NCBI GenBank assembly: GCA_036867785.1
Contig: CP145419.1
Location: forward strand, 310,001-374,000
Direction of reading: 5' to 3'
DNA length: 64,000 bases
From: Plasmodiophora brassicae
Taxonomy: Eukaryota
Shown: positions 57,428 through 64,000 of the stretch, piece after piece
Layout of the letters: the number at the start of each line of letters is the position of its first letter
Position numbering within the stretch: the first letter of the stretch is position 1
The notes under the pieces: model-generated
Told to the model about the DNA's origin: nothing
Database searches by the model: none
What the model saw: the letters and a program-made list of their open reading frames with translations, nothing else
Program-made: the position numbers and the translations under genes

Positions 57428-60400
57428 CTATTGGGGCCATGGCGGCGGTGGGAACATCATGATGCCGGGCATGGCGGCCGCTTCACGATGCGACTGGGCG
57501 ACGAAATCGGCGATGCCGACGTTGACGTACAGGGACACGAGGGCGTCGACGCGGTCCGACTGGAGGAACAGGGGGCGACCGCGTGCCAGCTCTCGGTCCT
57601 CCTCGCCGTGCGCGTCCAGGTACAGCGACCCCCAGGTGGCCGTCATCGAATCGTGGACGACTACAGCGACCGAACCTCGCAGCAGGAGGAAGATCGAGTC
57701 CATGCCGTCGCAGGACTGGCTGGCGTGACGCAGGGCGCACTGCTGCGAGTTGCCCCAGCAGACGGGCGACCCGCACAGCAGGCAGACGCACAGCTGCTCT
57801 GGGCGGCGGCACGTACACAACGCACAGTGCCGCCCCCGGTACTGCAGGATGAGTTCGTGGAAACGCCGGGGAAGCTCAACGAGGGAGAACGGCGGTCGAC
57901 GCATGGACTCTCCATAGTCGGCCTGTTGTTTGCTGACCTGGCTCAGGGACGGCCGCAACGTGGAAGACCCGACCTGTCACGTGGAACGGCCTTTAGAAAC
58001 ACACCATACGCGAACGTCTTACGTAGCGTTGCGGTACCGAATTCTGCCTCGACAGCGCCGCTGCGGTTTGAGAGCGAGTGGTGCGTCGTGTTTGGGTCGG
58101 ACGCGCGCATGGTTTGGACGTTGCCCCGATCCAGTTGAATACCAGCGTGTGGACCTGCAATGAATCAGCCTGGGAGGCAACGCTGCGATGAACATCGCCT
58201 ACCGGGGATAGGGACAGTAACCGATGAACAGCGCCGCTGAGACCGGCGCCTTGATCGGACGCATCCAGGAATAACGCAACGTCGTGTCCGGACGCTCGAG
58301 CAAGCATGGTTACTTTGTGGACAAACCGTCGACACAGCGAAACTGCTTCGGCAAGCAGGGCGTCGACGTCACATTTGCTTGAAACGCTCGCCCTGCGCCA
58401 AACGGATGTCAGACAGTGACCCCCGCAGGTATGCACGCGACCATCCGTACTTGAACTTTGCCAGCTTGGCAGCCGACTCCAGGCCGTCCAACTCGATCTT
58501 GGTGTCCGGGAGACAACTGGCCCACACGAGAACGAGAAGGTCCTCCACGGTGCGACATCCCGATACGCAGAGGGTCGCCTTCCTGATTCGCGCAAGCGTG
58601 GCGTCGGCACACACGGATCGACATGCAGATTGCATAGCCTGTCAGCACGGCTCAGCACAGCGCAGGAACCTTGTTCTTGCACACACCAACCTGAACCAGT
58701 TGCGCCAGCTGCATAATGTCAACAACGTGCTGCATTGTCGAAGGGCAGTTGACGTAGCATGGTATTAATTGCACGCAGGACCCGAACAGATTGGACTGCA
58801 ACAGCGTCCTGTATCGTGACTGTCAGCGTCCCGATCGCGGTCCGGCTCACTGACGTGACATACGAGTTAGCCCCGAAGCATTTGCGCCAGATGGAATCAC
58901 GATGGCGGCCGTCGGTTTGCGAAGACTGGCTGGCCGGTCTCCTGCTGCGCCGACTGGATATCCCAGACGATGTGGGGTTCTCGGCAAGCAGGCAGACCCG
59001 AGTCCAGTGAAACAGCAACTGCAGCGTTAATATCTGTTGCCTGGAATTCTATCAAGCAGGTCGTCAGTCGACAATGTATGAACGAATGCGCAACGGGAGA
59101 GTGCCACCTGCGACTGGCCGGAAGATTCCAAGGCGACATCGATCGTCTCAATAACGCTCCCAAGAACTGACATGAAAATGACACTGGGTGCAGTGCTAGC
59201 ATGCGGTGCCACCGCGTCGCAGCACTTCAGAAGACCGTCTAGCAAGCCTTTCGCGGCCGCGTAATCCGCCCTCGTGACATTTACCACTGTAACACGCATA
59301 AGAACTCGGCAGTAATACCGGGGTGCCACGACGAGGTGTTACCGTGTGAGCCACACGAGAACATCGTGTCCGAATGGATGCAGCTATTCAGCCACTGGAT
59401 CATATCACGCGAGGCACACCCAGCGGACGAGGACGGAAACGATGCCCTGGGCAGTGGCAGTAGAACGTTGGACAGCCGTCGGCACACAGGACAATGAAAG
59501 CTCCTGGATTCCAGACTCGGGAGAACCGACGTTCGGGAACTCATATAATTCCCTGGACACATAAATTAGTCGGCGCCTGGACGTCGAGTAGCAGTGCAAT
59601 CCAAAGACTGACGATGACACGGGCGACAGACATGATGACCGCACGACTGGACGAACATGCTATTCCTGTCATTACGCCAATCGAAATCAACAGAAGCCAC
59701 TTGGTTAAGCGCTTGCCCGAACAGCGAAACGTCTGGCAACCTGCCACCTGCACCCATTGCCCAACGACGGAAGATCGCAAGGAATAGATCGCCGATTTCC
59801 TCTGCAATGCATCTTCTCATCAGAACACCCATTGCAGATACACTGTACGACCGCTGACCCTCAATGGTGTTTAGCCGCTGAACAGCAGCACGTTGTGGTG
59901 TAATGGACGACAGCAGCTGGCGCAAAAGAACAGCTTCGAGTGACGCCTCTCCGTCAGGCAGAACAGCCCGTTGCCCATCAATCATAATGTCGAGGAACCC
60001 GCCAACATCTAGAAACAAGGGTCGGCGACGCTGCCAGCAAAGGCGTGCTGTTACACTTACGAATCGGGAAATTGCGTTCTGAGCTCGATCGCTGAGAACG
60101 AATGCTTTCCGATGATGACGACGACGCAGCCTGGGTTAGCACAGATGCATTGCCAGTATAGGCTGCTGCTGCTTGCAAATAGTTAGACGCCATTTGCAAA
60201 CGATCTGGTACCAGGGTACCATTCGATGCTGCACGACGATGCGTCGAACGCACAACCTGACACGGAGTGACATATGATACGATGCCGACAGGCTGCCGCG
60301 CTGAGTGGCTCTCGCAGCAGAGCATGCATTGCGGGTTATCCATCTCATCCGGGCGCCTACGAAAAAACGAACATTATGATCGTAATCCTAACAAGAGCGC

Positions 60401-63400
60401 CAACACGTACAGGTCAGAAGCAGGCTCAGTTTCATCGGCCACAACCTCGAACGCATGGCGCCTTCTCGAAAAGCTGTCAAGAAGGGCAGCCTGACGTGCG
60501 CGAGCAAGATCTTTTCTGCTCGATTGAGAGCCGCTGGTTCGTTGCTGCGGCATTATACCACAAGCAGCATCGGCATCCGACAGGAACGGACTGCAGATTT
60601 GTCTTAAAGGACCGATACAACGCAGAATCACAATCAACTCACCAAATGAGCGCGCCCAAGCGCGCAACAGAATGTTTGAATTCTGGGTTCGACATGACCG
60701 CGTTGTGTCGCTTAGCACGGCCCAGAACAGTAAGCAGCGGCGCGTGCTGCAGGAACGAAGGACCTTGGCGATGTTCTGCCGACAAACCTGTGCACCGAAC
60801 ATAAGGGACGGTGCACATGTCAGGACAACCAATCCAACCAGTAGATGAAGAGGTCCGCCGGCGTTTCATTGGAGGAGCAACAAGCTCATGTTCACGAGAC
60901 GCTATATGCAACAGTCAGCCGTGTACGGGTCGAGGATCGTCTCGGACAAACCGTCAAGAGTCAGAATGTACAGGACAGAACGCATCAGTCGCTCCGAACT
61001 CGGCGTCGAATTATCCACTGCATTTGTACAGGTTACTTACACCAAATATGGCAAAATATGGCTCGCAAACCACAACTCACAGGCATAGTTGAAAACGTCT
61101 CCCAGCAGACGATGAAGGACGGGGGAGTGGAGAAGAGAGTTCACGTTCGATGACTTATCTGGTAACGGAATGCAAACTGGCTTTTGTGACCGAGCGTCAG
61201 CGAGCCTGCATGCCTCATGAAACCGAGACTCTGCATAAGCGATCTCCGTCTGAGCCTTGCAATCAGTCGCAGGCATGTAGACTAGGCGTACATGCGACGA
61301 GCAGACCTGGATAATCGGGAAGAAATACGGATCGAAGTTGTTCGTGAAAAGCTTGGGTTCCAGGACGTAGCGCCCACTGGACGTTCCATGCGGTGGTCGC
61401 CAAACGCTAACTTCGGCAAGAAGGCTCTCGAGTTCATTATGCTCAACGTGTACTTGAGCGAGTCGAGAGCAGAGTTCGCTGTGCATCAAGCCTAATTCCG
61501 ACGATGACAAGTGCGCGATCAGCTCGGAACGAAGATATGAGGTTGACTGCACATAACGAATGTTAGCCAGGGCAACGAAACCGCGTATCAACGCGCATAC
61601 GTGAGGATCGCCAGCAGATATGTCACGAGAAATTGCTATAACCAGTCGGAGAAACTCTTCGGCCATTTTCGAGTCCAGACCGCGTTCAGAGTAGTCCATG
61701 TTCAGTCCGAAATGCCTTGCAATGTGATCCAACCATCCACCGGCATCGTCAATGCCAGCAGCGACAAGCTGCATACCAAGCAAATCAGGTAGCATCGCCA
61801 TTGTGGAGAAGTTGGGGCCCCTATCGTCAGATATTATGAGCAGAACAAACGATTGCAGACGCTGGCTGACCTGTAGATGCCGTTCGCTTGAGCAGATACT
61901 TCGCCATTCTTTCGCCAATAACCGGCGTTAATTTCCGCCAAAGTCGCTTGGATGCGGATGATGCTTGTCGAGAACTTCCATAAGAAGTCATCAACGCTAC
62001 AACCGTTGGGAATAATCTCTGCAAGAGCTTGTCTTATAGTATCCTGAATGCAGAAGGTCAGCAAACAGTTACGCCACGTAAGGTCTTTCTCTGCGAACCT
62101 TCTGGGCAGTAGCAGTACCAAGGTACACGCTGAATATGCGCGCAAACATACGATGCAATGGAATGTGGAACGACATAGGCCCCGTCTGGATCACGGAACC
62201 ATCGTCGTCCTCGAAATAACGGTACAGGTGATGAACGAGTTCCGCTAATAACGCTTTGAGGATGTCCGTTGTTTCTGGACTGTTAGGATGCCGACTGCGA
62301 AAGCCTGCGTACAGAATTGGAAACCACAAATCCACAGCCGTGATCATTTCCTACCTTTGACGAAAAAGTCCACAATCTCGTTCAGCTCGATTTCCAGCTC
62401 AAACGCGTATATCCAGTCCTGGTTTTCGAACTCGATATGCGCGCCTAGTCAAACAAACATCAGATTGGCAAACGTGAAACGAACCGGCCCCCTTACCGGT
62501 TTTGCGCCGCAAGGGCCCCATCCCCTGCAGCATCGATAGTATAGACACAAGGCACTCTAGCGTCGGCATGTTCAACAGTGAGGTGGCAAGAAGTTTGCTA
62601 TGCAACATCATTATCACCAACGAATTCACCAAGCCCCGTAGACAGTACGTACTCATGCTTCAAGAGGTACTTGATATCAACTGCAATCTCAGAGTATTTG
62701 GTGTCGTGTACCTCCGTATTGATAGTGAACCTTCTTTCGTGGACAGATCCTTGAGGCGGATGGGGCATAGAACATTGACGCAAAGCATTGAACAATACAC
62801 GGAGCAGTTCGCCCACAGCGTCCAGCGAAATGAAGTCGTCAACAAGAGCGCTGGTGCAAAACAACTGCACTGTAATGGAATCCAAGAGAGAGCAACGGTT
62901 GTCTCTCAGTGCCCCATACACTGGTAGAAGCGCTGACAGGAACGGTACTCGAAATTCCAGATCTGAGAGTAGGCTGACAACGAGACGCGTCAAAGGCGGG
63001 CCGAGATGAACTTGATCAGAGTCAGCAAGAAGGCCGAGAAAGTAGGCGATTGGCGTTTCACCACTGCCTTGTTGCTGGACCGTTAGTGAAAGGGAAAGCG
63101 CCCGCAGAAACGCCGGACCGCAGGAGCATAATCCAGTGATCCAATCGACGAAACATGAAATTAAACGCATGGTTTTGCGAATAGCCTGGGACGTATCCGA
63201 CCCCAGAGCGATTACAGACGCAACCGTCTTAGTTATGGCAAATGATGTCAGGGAAATCAGACGACGAAAGAAAGCAGAGACTTCTTCGTTCGCTAGTGCT
63301 GCTCCAAGGGTATCGCACGATGCACTATCACATGTCGAAGATGAACATCACAACAGTCATTAGAAGGCGGGTGTCACGAGCTGACCTTGAGTGGATCTCA

Positions 63401-63967
63401 GCATGTTTCCTGCATGGAGTATACCAGCTTTGAGGGTCGCCGCAATCACAACACCCACCACTGACGGTCATTGCTGCATAATTATGCCCTTCGTAATATA
63501 TCCTTGTCAACGCGGATTACTGAAACCAAATTGGAGGGATACCTTCATGGTCGGCAGCGTCAAAACAGTCGACACAAATGGCACACGTCGAGTCCGCTTG
63601 ACACGTCCGGCACACGAACACGACGGATCCGTCGTCAAACGGTCGCGAACACATAGTTGACCCGCCCAGTAAAGTTTTAACACTACAGCCCACAGTCAGA
63701 TCGACGGAACCAAACGAAACGACAGGAAAGAGACTTTTCCAGGGTCGACTGTTTGTCTTGGCCCATGCACAGAATCACATCGAGAACGGAAAACAATTTC
63801 GGTATGGATATACGTCGCGTTCGTAGAAACTGCAGGAACGCGACGACATCCGGCGGGTGCGCGCCTTGAAACAGGGCCTGCAGCGCACCGATTCCGTCAC
63901 TGATTGCTGAGTCCCAAAGCGTCGCTTCGTTCGGTATGGGCTCCATTGCCGTCTTCCTCTTCGGCAT
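57428..63967 (-). CDS. UBR-box N-recognin E3 ubiquitin ligase (UBR1/PRT6-like), multi-exon
   Basis: UBR box (EGHNY...GGCCDCGDPQSW..CRKH), SFHIPLHR, RING-H2-like SCGHHVCRPC...FHCPVCRRLSNVLLP, and C-terminal LYLDAHGEED..L.RGRPLFL. Confidence 0.92.
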
Positions 63968-64000
63968 TCACCAGCGGGCGTAGCTGTTGTTCCGCGCCAG

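Overview
Compact, GC-rich, intron-dense eukaryotic DNA with short (~55-70 nt) GT-AG introns and tightly packed genes. Gene content and style suggest a phytomyxid such as Plasmodiophora brassicae (inference only). Housekeeping genes: VPS29, SmB, a divergent beta-tubulin, a SAM-type mitochondrial carrier, VMP1, ZFAND1-like, CEP164-like, eEF2, phosphatidylserine synthase, a TORTIFOLIA1/SPR2-like HEAT protein and a UBR-box E3 ligase. There are also two paralogous chitin synthases and many secreted or surface genes. Main observations: (1) a tandem triplet of GPI-type surface proteins joining a long polycationic TTRKP stalk to a Cu-only-SOD-like domain, where the middle copy is a chimera typical of unequal crossing-over; (2) a 2.05 kb piggyBac-like element with ATAT target-site duplication, TIRs and four perfect palindromes; (3) a long G.U-biased hairpin resembling a pre-miRNA; (4) a kinase whose signal-peptide exon is missed by the ORF track; (5) a secreted SKP1/BTB-like + LRR protein; (6) several apparent pseudo-enzymes. 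All homology calls come from motif recognition by eye, not database searches. Boundaries of multi-exon genes are approximate.
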